From IMG/VR virus record IMGVR_UViG_3300021598_000858, positions 1-63,907 of that record: a DNA stretch of 63,907 bases, one strand, 5' to 3'. Below the pieces are notes generated by a model. That model did not search any database, had not been told where the DNA came from, and worked only from the letters and a program-made list of their open reading frames with translations. How positions within the stretch are numbered: position 1 is the stretch's first letter; each line of letters begins with the position of its first letter. Source of the stretch: a virus (taxonomy: Duplodnaviria; Caudoviricetes). Positions 19,186-27,371 of this stretch are shown piece after piece. The position numbers and the translations under genes were made by a program.

Positions 19186-19478
19186 TATCGCCCCTTAATC
19201 CTTTTAATCTCTTTTTCTTTAGCCTGTTTTTGATTACGCATACCTGCAGTAAAGCGTTTCATATGGTCTGCGCTAACAGGGCCAAGGGTGTCCTTTCTTG
19301 GGTCAAATGCTGGACCAGCTGTTGCAGCTCTTTCAGCCCCAGTACGACCAGTGTTGTAGTCATACTCGGTAAGCTCTGCACCAGTCATATTGCGACGCTT
19401 AGTAGCTTCGCCAAGCTGTTGTGCAAGTGCAGATTTATGAAGTTCTGTAAGGTCATCACCTTTACGATAAATAGGCAT
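19185..19478 (-). CDS. Hypothetical protein
   Basis: 97-aa ORF coupled on both sides. Confidence 0.5.
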   Translation of the reverse strand: MPIYRKGDDLTELHKSALAQQLGEATKRRNMTGAELTEYDYNTGRTGAERAATAGPAFDPRKDTLGPVSADHMKRFTAGMRNQKQAKEKEIKRIKGR

Positions 19479-19768
19479 TATTTATCATTCTCCTTCTTGC
19501 CTGCACGGCGCTTATTTTCTTTAGCTGTATTTTTACCATGCTTTAACGCTCTTAAGTTTCCTTTAGAATCGTTGTTATGGTTATTATCTTTATGGTCAAC
19601 ATCTGTTCCTCGGGGTAGTTTTCCGTTCTTCGATTCATAGTCGGCGCGAGCCTTATTCTTCGAAGTGGTAACCCATTTACCGCCTACTTTTTTCTTGTAG
19701 ACGTAGATAGGACGACCTCCATTCTCTTTGGAGCCTTTATAAGGTCCAAATTTCTTAGTAGTTGCCAT
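19478..19768 (-). CDS. HNH endonuclease-like protein
   Basis: DVDHKDNNHNND..NL...HGKN. Confidence 0.7.
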   Translation of the reverse strand: MATTKKFGPYKGSKENGGRPIYVYKKKVGGKWVTTSKNKARADYESKNGKLPRGTDVDHKDNNHNNDSKGNLRALKHGKNTAKENKRRAGKKENDK

Positions 19769-19928
19769 TACTTAGAATCCTTTTTTGGTGGTCTGCTTGC
19801 TTCTGAACATCCGTGATGGTCAGGGTGAAAGGTTTGGTCAGCTGATTTAGTTCTAACACTTAGTACCTTTCCTCGAATCTCTCTCCCACAATTATCGCAT
19901 GTGGGAAATTGACTTTTGTTCTTTTTCA

Positions 19929-20138
19929 TTACACAAAGTTTGGATATGAAGGTTGCTGTGGCTGCTGTTGTGGTGCGCCATCTTTCTGACCTTGAATCAT
20001 ATTAGAGACTCTACCAGCAACGCCTTGCTGAATACCAGCAACAGCGCCTTTCTTAGCGGCTTGACCTGCTGATGAGGCGCCAACACGTGCAACCATAGGT
20101 GCTAAACGTGCTGCAAGTCCTGCGACTGCTTGTATCAT
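19929..20138 (-). CDS. Hypothetical protein
   Basis: 69 aa, GAGGAG RBS, ATGA overlap. Confidence 0.5.
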   Translation of the reverse strand: MIQAVAGLAARLAPMVARVGASSAGQAAKKGAVAGIQQGVAGRVSNMIQGQKDGAPQQQPQQPSYPNFV

Positions 20139-20383
20139 CGTTCTCCTCGATTTCTGAATGAGTTATTTAATATATCACTCGCTTGCTCAGATACATTGTA
20201 TCTTCCATATGTTGGACGCGGACCCGAAAACATACCATTACGGTCATTTCTAAACTCATTGACGCGACTGCGTTTCTGCTTCAACGGAGGCTTTTTTTTC
20301 GTGTTTACACCTTTTTGTCCAGGTGCATCTTTACCGAAAGCACGTTGAGCTTTGTTACGTCCTAGCGCTGGGTCATTAATCAT
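20135..20383 (-). CDS. Hypothetical basic protein
   Basis: 82 aa with ATGA overlaps. Confidence 0.5.
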   Translation of the reverse strand: MINDPALGRNKAQRAFGKDAPGQKGVNTKKKPPLKQKRSRVNEFRNDRNGMFSGPRPTYGRYNVSEQASDILNNSFRNRGER

Positions 20384-20712
20384 TTGTAATACTTCTTGTT
20401 ATAGTTGGGGTCTCTGTCAGCATATTCTGACTTCTTCATCATTGTGTAATTATGAAGTTTCTTAGATGGGTCATACTTTGGATTTAAGTCCTGAGCCTCT
20501 TCAAGATTAATGTGTCCACCTTCAAGAGCAGCATGAACTCGTCCAATGCTAGGTGTTCTATGGGTACCCTTTTTAGGGTCCCGTTCAGGTTTTACAGGTC
20601 TGCTACCCACCTCACGAATACGTGCAGCTAAAGCTGCAAATTGGTCTTCATTAGGGTTCATATGCTCCACCATCCTACGGTCTTCCAAGCATCTGGGTTT
20701 TCTTTTAACCAC
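20380..20712 (-). CDS. Hypothetical protein
   Basis: ORF in the coupled run; true start uncertain, possibly the internal Met. Confidence 0.45.
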   Translation of the reverse strand: MVKRKPRCLEDRRMVEHMNPNEDQFAALAARIREVGSRPVKPERDPKKGTHRTPSIGRVHAALEGGHINLEEAQDLNPKYDPSKKLHNYTMMKKSEYADRDPNYNKKYYK

Positions 20713-20815
20713 TTCTTCATAATCTTATTTTCTTTTTCCCAATTTATCTCATGTGTGGGACGACCGCATAAATTGCAGGTTTCAGTACCCATATTCTGAT
20801 ATACGTGGGGGCACA

Positions 20816-21088
20816 TTAACAATCCCATTTACGAAGAGATTTGTTAATACGGCTATTAGGGTCACGTGCAGTCTTAGAGCTTGTGTTTTGCTTCTTCATA
20901 CCCTCCATACGTGCACAGAAGGATTTACGACGTGCTGCGCTCTTAGGAGACTTCTTAGCCTGTTTCGCGCTTACTGGTGGTTTAAGGTTGCTACCAGGAT
21001 TGGCTTTCTCATAGGACTTACGTCCCTTCTCATTAAGGCCGCCTTTAGAGTTCTTACCCTCTTTACGTTGCCATGCTTGACTAGCCAT
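20816..21088 (-). CDS. Conserved small basic phage protein
   Basis: MASQAWQRKEGKN..GGLN.KGR.SY...RRKSFCARM...SRINKSLRKWDC after AGAGGA RBS. Confidence 0.75.
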   Translation of the reverse strand: MASQAWQRKEGKNSKGGLNEKGRKSYEKANPGSNLKPPVSAKQAKKSPKSAARRKSFCARMEGMKKQNTSSKTARDPNSRINKSLRKWDC

Positions 21089-21408
21089 ATATCCTCTTTT
21101 CGCAAAAACAACTACATGCGTTCTCTGTACAGAGACCGTAAGCATCTAAGTTGTGCTCACACTTATTGCAGATGTCGCTCACTTACTTGGCTTCCATCCG
21201 TCGGGATTCCCCATCCGTAGAGCTTCATCAACATGCTTCTCAAAAGCTTCATTACGGGATGATGTGTCTAATGCGATGGGGACTACCTTACCCGTACGTT
21301 CTTTAACTTTCCGCGTTGCGGATAAGTCAATGACGCGTCGGGAGTCATTGGACCTACTAACTATGCCTTTTGCAATTGGGCCGAAGGGTTCCATAACTTA
21401 AGTATCTC

Positions 21409-21636
21409 CTATCTTTCATTCATAGTACGGATATAAGTAACGTAAGTCTCCGTCAGCATATGTATCAATTGCGGGCTTGTTTCTGGATGTTTTTCTAAAA
21501 AGTGTCCCTTCCACGCGACTGCTCCCCACTCCAGTCTTCCACACCCATTGGATACATCTAGAAAGATAATCTTTGCAAAACGTGCGACACGCCCAGGGCA
21601 ATCTAAGTTATCGTTTAGAAAATTAATGAAATCCAC
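21409..21636 (-). CDS. Hypothetical protein (weak YozE-like pattern)
   Basis: 75-aa ORF; first gene of the leftward block. Confidence 0.45.
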   Translation of the reverse strand: MDFINFLNDNLDCPGRVARFAKIIFLDVSNGCGRLEWGAVAWKGHFLEKHPETSPQLIHMLTETYVTYIRTMNER

Positions 21637-21796
21637 GGAAATAGGGTACTCTAAATTAAAAAGGCGTATTGGGCAATCGCACAGATGGGCTACTGCCTGA
21701 AATTTCTAGAGCTCATTAAAAATTTTTTGGACCCCCTCGGCTACTGCCTGCCCCAAGCCTATGTGGGGTATGGGTGAGACCTGGTGGCTTCCTAAG

Positions 21797-21897
21797 TTAT
21801 CCACAGGTTTAACCCTGGGGGGTGTGGATATGTGGATAAAAATGTTATCAAACTGAGACCAACTACGCTTGCGCTTGATAGGGCTATCACATATGTT
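21797..21897 (+). promoter_or_regulatory. Module 1 control region: DnaA boxes, GTTAT half-site and sigma-A-like promoter
   Basis: TTATCCACA 21797-21805, TGTGGATAT 21823-31, TGTGGATAA 21831-39, GTTAT 21844, TTGCGC-N17-TATGTT 21869-21897. Confidence 0.7.
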
Positions 21898-21937
21898 TAG
21901 ACCGTGAGCAACAGGGCTCACAGTTAGGGGAATATAA

Positions 21938-22108
21938 ATGGTTCAAATGTCCGACACTATCGCCAATGCGGTGGCAACTATCGTCAAACTTACCGCACCA
22001 GATGTTCAGAAGGGCGTTCAGGATATCCTCATGAATGTAGTCGAGGCGTCATACAATCAGGGTATGCGCGACGGCATAGACACAGCAAAGCAAATCCTTA
22101 CCGCTTGA
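21938..22108 (+). CDS. Small hypothetical protein (56 aa)
   Basis: Read by hand after AGGGG RBS: MVQMSDTIANAVATIV...YNQGMRDGIDTAKQILTA*. Confidence 0.6.
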   Translation: MVQMSDTIANAVATIVKLTAPDVQKGVQDILMNVVEASYNQGMRDGIDTAKQILTA

Positions 22109-22177
22109 TGGCTTCTATCCCCCATCCGCAAGGGTGGGGGGTGGTGGTTAGCAAGGCGCTAATCAGAAGGGGGAATT

Positions 22178-22429
22178 ATGGCAACACTATTAAATATCCG
22201 TAAGGTAGTCGAGGGCACATACAAGGTGGACTCTCTACCTTGCCCACGCTGTGGGGATGTTCTAACACTAGAACTAGAAGGGGCGAAACTCTACGCCTAC
22301 AATCAGGGCGCATACATTCAGGATGTATTCCCTAACCTTAACTCTGGCGAGCGCGAGCGCTTTATCTCTGGTATCTGCAATCCATGCTGGCAACAGATGT
22401 TCATGTATATGGATGATGAGGAGGAGTGA
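22178..22429 (+). CDS. Small Zn-binding protein
   Basis: CPRCG...IQDVFP.L...ERE.FISGIC..CW; GAAGGGGG RBS. Confidence 0.7.
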   Translation: MATLLNIRKVVEGTYKVDSLPCPRCGDVLTLELEGAKLYAYNQGAYIQDVFPNLNSGERERFISGICNPCWQQMFMYMDDEEE

Positions 22430-22596
22430 TGACATACATAACTCTGACCAAAGCTTGCAGTATGTGCGACGGCATAGAGCACACATGGCAGGCAATACCA
22501 GGATGTGACCGTTGTGAGTCGAGCGCACATGGACCAAGCCATGAGCCATTCACACGAGGACACCGACCACATTGCACTGGTAATTGTTGTTGGTGA
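22429..22596 (+). CDS. Small Cys/His-rich protein (55 aa)
   Basis: Read by hand: CSMC...CDRC...GPSH...HCTGNCCW*. TGATG coupling; followed by a terminator. Confidence 0.55.
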   Translation: MTYITLTKACSMCDGIEHTWQAIPGCDRCESSAHGPSHEPFTRGHRPHCTGNCCW

Positions 22597-22602
22597 CAGG
22601 AC

Positions 22603-22632
22603 AGGCCCGCGACTTCCCCCGCGGGCCTTTTC
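22603..22632 (+). terminator. Intrinsic terminator
   Basis: AGGCCCGCG-loop-CGCGGGCCT then TTT. Confidence 0.8.
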
Positions 22633-22663
22633 TTATTTAGGGATGCCATACCCAAAGCCATGC

Positions 22664-22676
22664 TTGTTTGTGTTGG
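22664..22676 (+). repeat. Left half-site of the module-junction repeat
   Basis: TTGTTTGTGTTGG with no matching right arm. Confidence 0.7.
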
Positions 22677-22715
22677 CCCGCCCACCCCGTTCTATTGGGA
22701 GTTAGTTAGAGAGCC

Positions 22716-22791
22716 TGTGGATAACTAGGCGCAAATCGTTATCATTTTGTAATCGTGTGCGCTTGGTGTTGTCGGTGTTGTAGTGTAGTTT
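22716..22791 (+). promoter_or_regulatory. Module 2 control region
   Basis: TGTGGATAA-N13-GTTAT-N6-GTAAT, then TTGGTG-N17-TAGTTT. Confidence 0.75.
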
Positions 22792-22839
22792 TATCTCATA
22801 AGCGCAAGGGGCGCTTATAAGTTAGGAAAGAAGGTTGTT

Positions 22840-22980
22840 ATGTCAAAGTGTGGAGTTTGCGATACCTCAGAGAATATCGTGTTCTCAGGTGTTGATGCTT
22901 TCATTCTAGAATGTATGGAGCAGATTGAGCGCATTTGCTACGATTGCGCCAACGAGCAGAGGGCAAAGGTGTCCGCATGA
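22840..22980 (+). CDS. Small Zn-finger protein (46 aa)
   Basis: Read by hand: MSKCGVCD...ICYDCANEQRAKVSA*. Confidence 0.55.
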   Translation: MSKCGVCDTSENIVFSGVDAFILECMEQIERICYDCANEQRAKVSA

Positions 22981-23204
22981 TGTTTTACAATGGTTTCAAT
23001 CTAATGATTGACCTAATCCTTGCGGGCGTTGTTGGTTTCTTCGCTTATCGCTCAGGTTGGTTTCGTGGATATAGTGAAGGACAAGCGGACGCGGTCTGTG
23101 ATGATTGCGAGCGCATGGCTAAACTTGAGGCTGAGTATGCCTATGACTCATGGATTGAGTCACGCATTGAGGAAGACTTGGAGGCAAAGCATGGCATCAA
23201 CTAG
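22977..23204 (+). CDS. Small membrane protein
   Basis: ATGA overlap; MMFYNGFNLMIDLILAGVVGFFAY TM segment. Confidence 0.6.
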   Translation: MMFYNGFNLMIDLILAGVVGFFAYRSGWFRGYSEGQADAVCDDCERMAKLEAEYAYDSWIESRIEEDLEAKHGIN

Positions 23205-23373
23205 ATGGCACCGCGCAACCTACAAGGCGCACGCTGAGGTTATCAAGCAACTAATGAACCCAGCAAATGAGGAAGTATTAAAGAAGGTTGCCTATGAGTT
23301 GGCGATTATCTACGGCGCGGATAACGCTAACTTTCAAAGGGATAAGTTTCTCACCGCTTGCGGTGTGAAGTAA
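23191..23373 (+). CDS. Small hypothetical protein
   Basis: GGAGG RBS; ends DNANFQRDKFLTACG, a pattern common in small early phage proteins. Confidence 0.65.
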   Translation: MASTRWHRATYKAHAEVIKQLMNPANEEVLKKVAYELAIIYGADNANFQRDKFLTACGVK

Positions 23374-23389
23374 CAACCCCCTAACCAAC

Positions 23390-23414
23390 CAGCCCCCGCA
23401 GATTGCGGGGGCTG
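23390..23414 (+). terminator. Terminator hairpin
   Basis: CAGCCCCCGCA-GAT-TGCGGGGGCTG. Confidence 0.75.
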
Positions 23415-23417
23415 AGT

Positions 23418-23508
23418 TGTTTGTGTTGGGCTGCTTATGGCTCTGGGCTGGACTAGCAACTTGCGTTATAGCTAGTCCTAGTGCCCAATAAGCAGCCCAA
23501 CACAAACA
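23418..23508. repeat. Module-junction long hairpin A
   Basis: 21-bp perfect outer stem TGTTTGTGTTGGGCTGCTTAT/ATAAGCAGCCCAACACAAACA, 5-nt left bulge, inner stems. Confidence 0.9.
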
Positions 23509-23516
23509 TGCGGGCC

Positions 23517-23554
23517 TGTGGATAACTGTAGAGAAAACGTTATGAAAATGTTAT
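23517..23554 (+). promoter_or_regulatory. Module 3 control region
   Basis: TGTGGATAA-N13-GTTAT-N6-GTTAT. Confidence 0.8.
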
Positions 23555-23584
23555 GCAGAGAATGAGATAGTACTAGCGCTCCCT

Positions 23585-24601
23585 ATGATAGGCTGGCCAT
23601 TGATAGGCACCCGCCTATCCTTATGCGAAAGGGGAGAATCCCTACGTGGCGCTCCTGCATGGCATGGGTTAGCAAATGCAACTTTTGACGTGGACGCGGA
23701 TATTACTACCGCTGACATGCTCAAGGGCGCATTGCTTAATGACTGGAATGTACGTCTTGAGCCAGTCATCTATCCTGCAGACTATCGCGCAAAATCCGCG
23801 CTCAACTATGTTGTGCGTACTAATCCCGTCGACGCTGGCATTGACGTGCTCTCCGTCGTAGGTGACCGCTATTCCGTATTCCAAAATGAGGACCTCTTCA
23901 ATTTTGGTGACAATATTTTGGACGGTGGCGCCAAATGGGAATCCGCGGGCTCAATCAAGGACGGCCGAATTGTATTCGGTAGCCTAGTTGTACCTCGCGA
24001 ATTCATTCTAGACCCGCAAGGCGTCGCTGATAAGACTGTCACTTATTTATTGGTGCACTCTTCACATGACGGTAGCGCCAGTGTTCAGGCGTCAATTACA
24101 CCTGTGCGCGTCGTATGCCAAAACACGCTGAACATGGCGTTAAAGTCCACTAAGCAATCTTTTAAAGTCCGTCACACTTTAAAAGTTGAGGGACGCGTCG
24201 CTGAGGCCCGCCGTGTGCTAGGCCTAACATTCAATCACATGGACGAATTCGAAACCATGGCGAAAGCCCTATTCGAAACGTCAATTGACAATGTCCAATG
24301 GGGTAAGTTGCTCACCGCTATATATCCGCTGGACGATAACGCGCCAAAAGGCACCGTCACTAAGCATGCGCAAAAAATCGATATCTTGAATGATTTATAT
24401 TTCAAGGCGCCTACTCAAGACGGAATCCGTGGCACCGCATGGGGCGCACTTAATGCGCTTACTGAGCGTCTGGACTATTTCCGTCCATCTCGCACCGCCA
24501 ATGGCGAGGCAATCAAGGCAGCAGCCAGTGGATTTGATGCCATGGTAAATGCCGAAAAGGCCCGCATTCTATCCGCGGTCCGCGAATTCGCTAACGCGTA
24601 A
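23585..24601 (+). CDS. DUF932/DUF945-family phage/plasmid protein; true start codon missing
   Basis: PAWHGL, V.GD.Y...QN, ESAGS...G..VF, YLL..SSHDGS, TPVRVVCQNTL, RHT, GTAWGALNALTE..D. Confidence 0.8.
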   Translation: MIGWPLIGTRLSLCERGESLRGAPAWHGLANATFDVDADITTADMLKGALLNDWNVRLEPVIYPADYRAKSALNYVVRTNPVDAGIDVLSVVGDRYSVFQNEDLFNFGDNILDGGAKWESAGSIKDGRIVFGSLVVPREFILDPQGVADKTVTYLLVHSSHDGSASVQASITPVRVVCQNTLNMALKSTKQSFKVRHTLKVEGRVAEARRVLGLTFNHMDEFETMAKALFETSIDNVQWGKLLTAIYPLDDNAPKGTVTKHAQKIDILNDLYFKAPTQDGIRGTAWGALNALTERLDYFRPSRTANGEAIKAAASGFDAMVNAEKARILSAVREFANA

Positions 24602-24616
24602 CACGCGAAAGCCCCC

Positions 24617-24643
24617 GAGCCCCTGGCCCTAGGCCAGGGGCTC
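24617..24643 (+). terminator. Terminator hairpin
   Basis: GAGCCCCTGGCC-CTA-GGCCAGGGGCTC. Confidence 0.8.
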
Positions 24644-24646
24644 TCT

Positions 24647-24727
24647 TGTTTGTGTTGGGGCTATATATGAGCTTATGGGCAGGGTAGTTGTCTTTTCCTG
24701 CCCATATATATAGCCCCAACACAAACA
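24647..24727. repeat. Module-junction long hairpin B
   Basis: Outer stem TGTTTGTGTTGGGGCTATATA, 6-nt left bulge, inner stem TATGGGCAGG/CCTGCCCATA. Confidence 0.9.
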
Positions 24728-24732
24728 TTGCC

Positions 24733-24770
24733 TGTGGATAAGTGAGAAGAAATCGTTATAGAGATGTTAT
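24733..24770 (+). promoter_or_regulatory. Module 4 control region
   Basis: TGTGGATAA-N13-GTTAT-N6-GTTAT; TTGCGT at 24780. Confidence 0.8.
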
Positions 24771-24848
24771 CTAATAGGCTTGCGTTAGACAAGGAGTGAT
24801 GATTAGATAGTCCTATCGGAGATACCGATACAAGAGAAAGGGGCTTTT

Positions 24849-25244
24849 ATGGCTACCACCATAAAGGTAGATAGAGTAGTGCTAGTAGAGGCACTAAAGA
24901 AAAAGTTGGCAGAGCAGGATAAACTGCGTGCTGAGTATAAGAAAGCAGAAGAAAAATACAAGAAAGAACAAGAAGCCTTCGCTACTAAGGTTATTGCTCT
25001 TGCTAAGTCGGGGAAGTTAGAAATCGCCAGCACCAACTATCGCAGTTGGTCAGGAAGGTTGGAAATCGAGTTCAATGTTGATAAGACTCAAATCCCTGCC
25101 GAACCAAAGAACCCACAGACACCAGACGGGTGGCTTCACGATAGTGATTACCAAGAACTTGATAGGACTATCAAGTTGCTCGGTATGACCAGCGACCCAA
25201 GCGTTCCTACGAGCGTCTATAAGTCAGTAGCACAATGGCTCTAA
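24849..25244 (+). CDS. Hypothetical protein
   Basis: 131 aa, GAAAGGGG RBS, coiled-coil N-half; sole gene of its module. Confidence 0.75.
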   Translation: MATTIKVDRVVLVEALKKKLAEQDKLRAEYKKAEEKYKKEQEAFATKVIALAKSGKLEIASTNYRSWSGRLEIEFNVDKTQIPAEPKNPQTPDGWLHDSDYQELDRTIKLLGMTSDPSVPTSVYKSVAQWL

Positions 25245-25261
25245 AATAAGCCTAGCAAATG

Positions 25262-25287
25262 CCCCCGTGCCAAGCACGGGGGTTTTT
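25262..25287 (+). terminator. Intrinsic terminator
   Basis: CCCCCGTGC-CAA-GCACGGGGG-TTTTT. Confidence 0.85.
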
Positions 25288-25370
25288 GTTTGTGTTGGGC
25301 TGTCTGGCTGGCTATTTACTAGTCTTTCTACTAATGTTTTAGTAGAAAGCCAGACAGCCCAACACAAACA
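25287..25370. repeat. Module-junction long hairpin C
   Basis: Outer stem TGTTTGTGTTGGGCTGTCTGG, 16-nt left bulge, inner stem CTTTCTACTAA/TTAGTAGAAAG. Confidence 0.9.
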
Positions 25371-25379
25371 TCGGCAGCC

Positions 25380-25455
25380 TGTGGATAACTTCCCTGGAAT
25401 TGTTATCAAATCTTTATCAACGAGAGTAGAGATTACCGCGTTCTTAATATAGATT
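25380..25455 (+). promoter_or_regulatory. Module 5 control region
   Basis: TGTGGATAA-N13-GTTAT-N6-TTTAT; TAGATT at 25450. Confidence 0.75.
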
Positions 25456-25501
25456 AGCCCATGTAAGAGAAAGCCTCTTACAGAAAGAGGGGGACTACCC
25501 G

Positions 25502-25984
25502 ATGATTACAACGCCTGACGGTGTGAACATCTACACCGACCAAGACGTCCAAGAGAAGGTCGCAGAGGCTAAGACTACTGCAACCGACTCAGCAAACAGA
25601 TATACCAACCTACGTATCGCTGGTGTTGTTGAGACAACATTCAAGTCAGAGGTGCGCGAAGGTAACATGGAGGAAGACTATGCGGTCGGACTCTACAATA
25701 ACCTTGCTTCACAACTAGATTGGAGCACCATTGACAACCTCAGCGTTAAATACACAGCAACCGTCTATGCGTTCGACGACGAACTATTCACAATCAACGA
25801 CATTGAGGCAGACGACGAGCAAAGTGCTGAACAGTCCATTTGGGACGACCTTAATATCTCAAACGTTCGTCTTTCATTCGACGTCGAGGCAAATGGGGAA
25901 GGCGGTTACTTTAAAGGTGACGTCTATGACCTTGACGACTTCATCAACGATAACATCAAGATAGAGGTTACCGAACAGGATTAG
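25502..25984 (+). CDS. Acidic hypothetical protein
   Basis: 160 aa, strongly Asp/Glu-rich, GAGGGGG RBS; sole gene of its module. Confidence 0.75.
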   Translation: MITTPDGVNIYTDQDVQEKVAEAKTTATDSANRYTNLRIAGVVETTFKSEVREGNMEEDYAVGLYNNLASQLDWSTIDNLSVKYTATVYAFDDELFTINDIEADDEQSAEQSIWDDLNISNVRLSFDVEANGEGGYFKGDVYDLDDFINDNIKIEVTEQD

Positions 25985-26000
25985 TCCCCCGACTAATACG

Positions 26001-26035
26001 ATAGGCTTGGCGTTCATGGGCGCCAAGCCTATTTT
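26001..26035 (+). terminator. Intrinsic terminator
   Basis: ATAGGCTTGGCG-loop-CGCCAAGCCTAT-TTT. Confidence 0.8.
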
Positions 26036-26119
26036 GTTTGTGTTGGGCTTGCTTGGCTATTAGTAGCTTTTATTGCTGGCAGGCCTGCCTGCCAGCAGCC
26101 AAGCAAGCCCAACACAAAC
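26035..26119. repeat. Module-junction long hairpin D
   Basis: Outer stem GTTTGTGTTGGGCTTGCTTGGC, 16-nt left bulge, inner stem TGCTGGCAGG/CCTGCCAGCA. Confidence 0.9.
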
Positions 26120-26133
26120 CTTATCGTGTGTCC

Positions 26134-26209
26134 TGTGGATAACTTCCTTCATATCGTTATATAAATGTTATAGAGAATCCTTGCTACCGCGACCGCGCCG
26201 TAGTAGAGT
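26134..26209 (+). promoter_or_regulatory. Module 6 control region
   Basis: TGTGGATAA-N13-GTTAT-N6-GTTAT, then TTGCTA-N17-TAGAGT. Confidence 0.8.
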
Positions 26210-26237
26210 GAGAGCACTCTCAAAGAAAGGGGAGAAT

Positions 26238-26744
26238 ATGTCTATGACGACAGAGGAGAGGAAATACCGCTTCTCAGAGATAATGACGGCTATTCATCTT
26301 ATCGCAGATGAACCCGAGGATATATCAGAGTTCCGACTTCCTAATGGAACGAAAGGACTATCAGACGGCAGACTAAAGAGTGCGATTATGTGCCAAGTAT
26401 TCAAAGAGGACGAGGAGTTCTCCGCGAGGCTTGTCAATGCGCTCGCTTCTACCGCTATGGAACGAGCAAATGAAGGCAATAAGCCTACGCGTGATGATAT
26501 GTCAGCGTTGTCTATTGCTATCCACACCTGTTGGGGTGTTGGCGCTTTTACACCACTACTAGCCTTACTAGGTGTTACTGGTAAGGTTGCCGAGGCTTTT
26601 GATGTCGAAGTTCCCGAGGAAATAAGCCTAGTGTTCCGTCCAAATGCTTTTGCCAAGAAGTTCGGCGAGTTCAATCCTCTCGATATGTGTGATGAGGATA
26701 AAGACGACGAAACCTACAATGCGATACTAGGTGGTGATAAGTAA
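26238..26744 (+). CDS. Hypothetical protein
   Basis: Start MSMTTEE after GAAAGGGGAG. The ORF-track extension upstream runs through the hairpin and promoter. Confidence 0.7.
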   Translation: MSMTTEERKYRFSEIMTAIHLIADEPEDISEFRLPNGTKGLSDGRLKSAIMCQVFKEDEEFSARLVNALASTAMERANEGNKPTRDDMSALSIAIHTCWGVGAFTPLLALLGVTGKVAEAFDVEVPEEISLVFRPNAFAKKFGEFNPLDMCDEDKDDETYNAILGGDK

Positions 26745-27265
26745 TGGGTATGGACGTAATGGGTAATAACCCTATCAGCGAGCGCGGTGAGTACTTCCGC
26801 AACAATGTGTGGTGGTGGCGACCTCTATGGGATTACTGTTGTTATGTAGATAGTAGTCTTGGCGAGCGCGTACCTTATGGGCACTCTAACGACGGCGACG
26901 GTCTAAAGACGGCAGAGGAGTGCCAAGCACTAGCAAGGTTATTGTTAGAGAAACTTGAAAACGGCGAGGCGCTCGCTTATATCAAGGAACGAGATAAGGC
27001 TATCGCCGAGTTAGAGTGGGATACCTGCCGTCTATGTGAAGGTAGTGGTATCCGTACCGATAAGGTTGGCGTTGAAGGCGGTATGCCCGATAAAGAATTA
27101 CCTGAGGACATAGCACTCTTAGTAGGTAGGACGAAGGGTACTTGTAATGGTTGCCGAGGGTTCGGAAAAACCGAGCCTTGGGAGAGCCATTATCCGTTGA
27201 ACGAGGAGAACATTAGAGAGTTTGCAGGCTTCCTGCAAGACTGTGGTGGATTCTCTATCTGCTAA
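26744..27265 (+). CDS. Hypothetical protein with DnaJ-type CxxCxGxG Zn motifs
   Basis: MGMDV..., YFRNNVWWWRPLW, CRLCEGSG, CNGCRGFG, F..DCGGFSIC*. Confidence 0.75.
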   Translation: MGMDVMGNNPISERGEYFRNNVWWWRPLWDYCCYVDSSLGERVPYGHSNDGDGLKTAEECQALARLLLEKLENGEALAYIKERDKAIAELEWDTCRLCEGSGIRTDKVGVEGGMPDKELPEDIALLVGRTKGTCNGCRGFGKTEPWESHYPLNEENIREFAGFLQDCGGFSIC

Positions 27266-27279
27266 GTTCCCCTTTCTCT

Positions 27280-27322
27280 AGTAAGCCTATCGCTGATACC
27301 CTTGGCGATAGGCTTACTTTTT
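27280..27322 (+). terminator. Intrinsic terminator
   Basis: AGTAAGCCTATCGC-loop-GCGATAGGCTTACT-TTTT. Confidence 0.85.
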
Positions 27323-27371
27323 GTCACTCTCCGCCGCCGAGTGCTACTTGCGAGTAACTTCGGCGCGGAAA

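Noticed and set aside
21797-21850. Bacterial oriC or host chromosome fragment
   Set aside because: No dnaA, dnaN or rpmH context; flanking genes are all phage-like; most boxes are dispersed one per promoter.
23418-26119. Classical integron attC sites
   Set aside because: The core motifs are in the opposite order to attC, the cassettes carry their own promoters and terminators, and no IntI is in the window. Kept only as an analogy.
25224-26237. ORF-track ORFs crossing the junction elements (25224-25409, 25267-25452, 5' part of 26073-26744; likewise 23278-23505)
   Set aside because: They run through terminators, hairpins and promoters and lack an RBS, so they are shadow ORFs.
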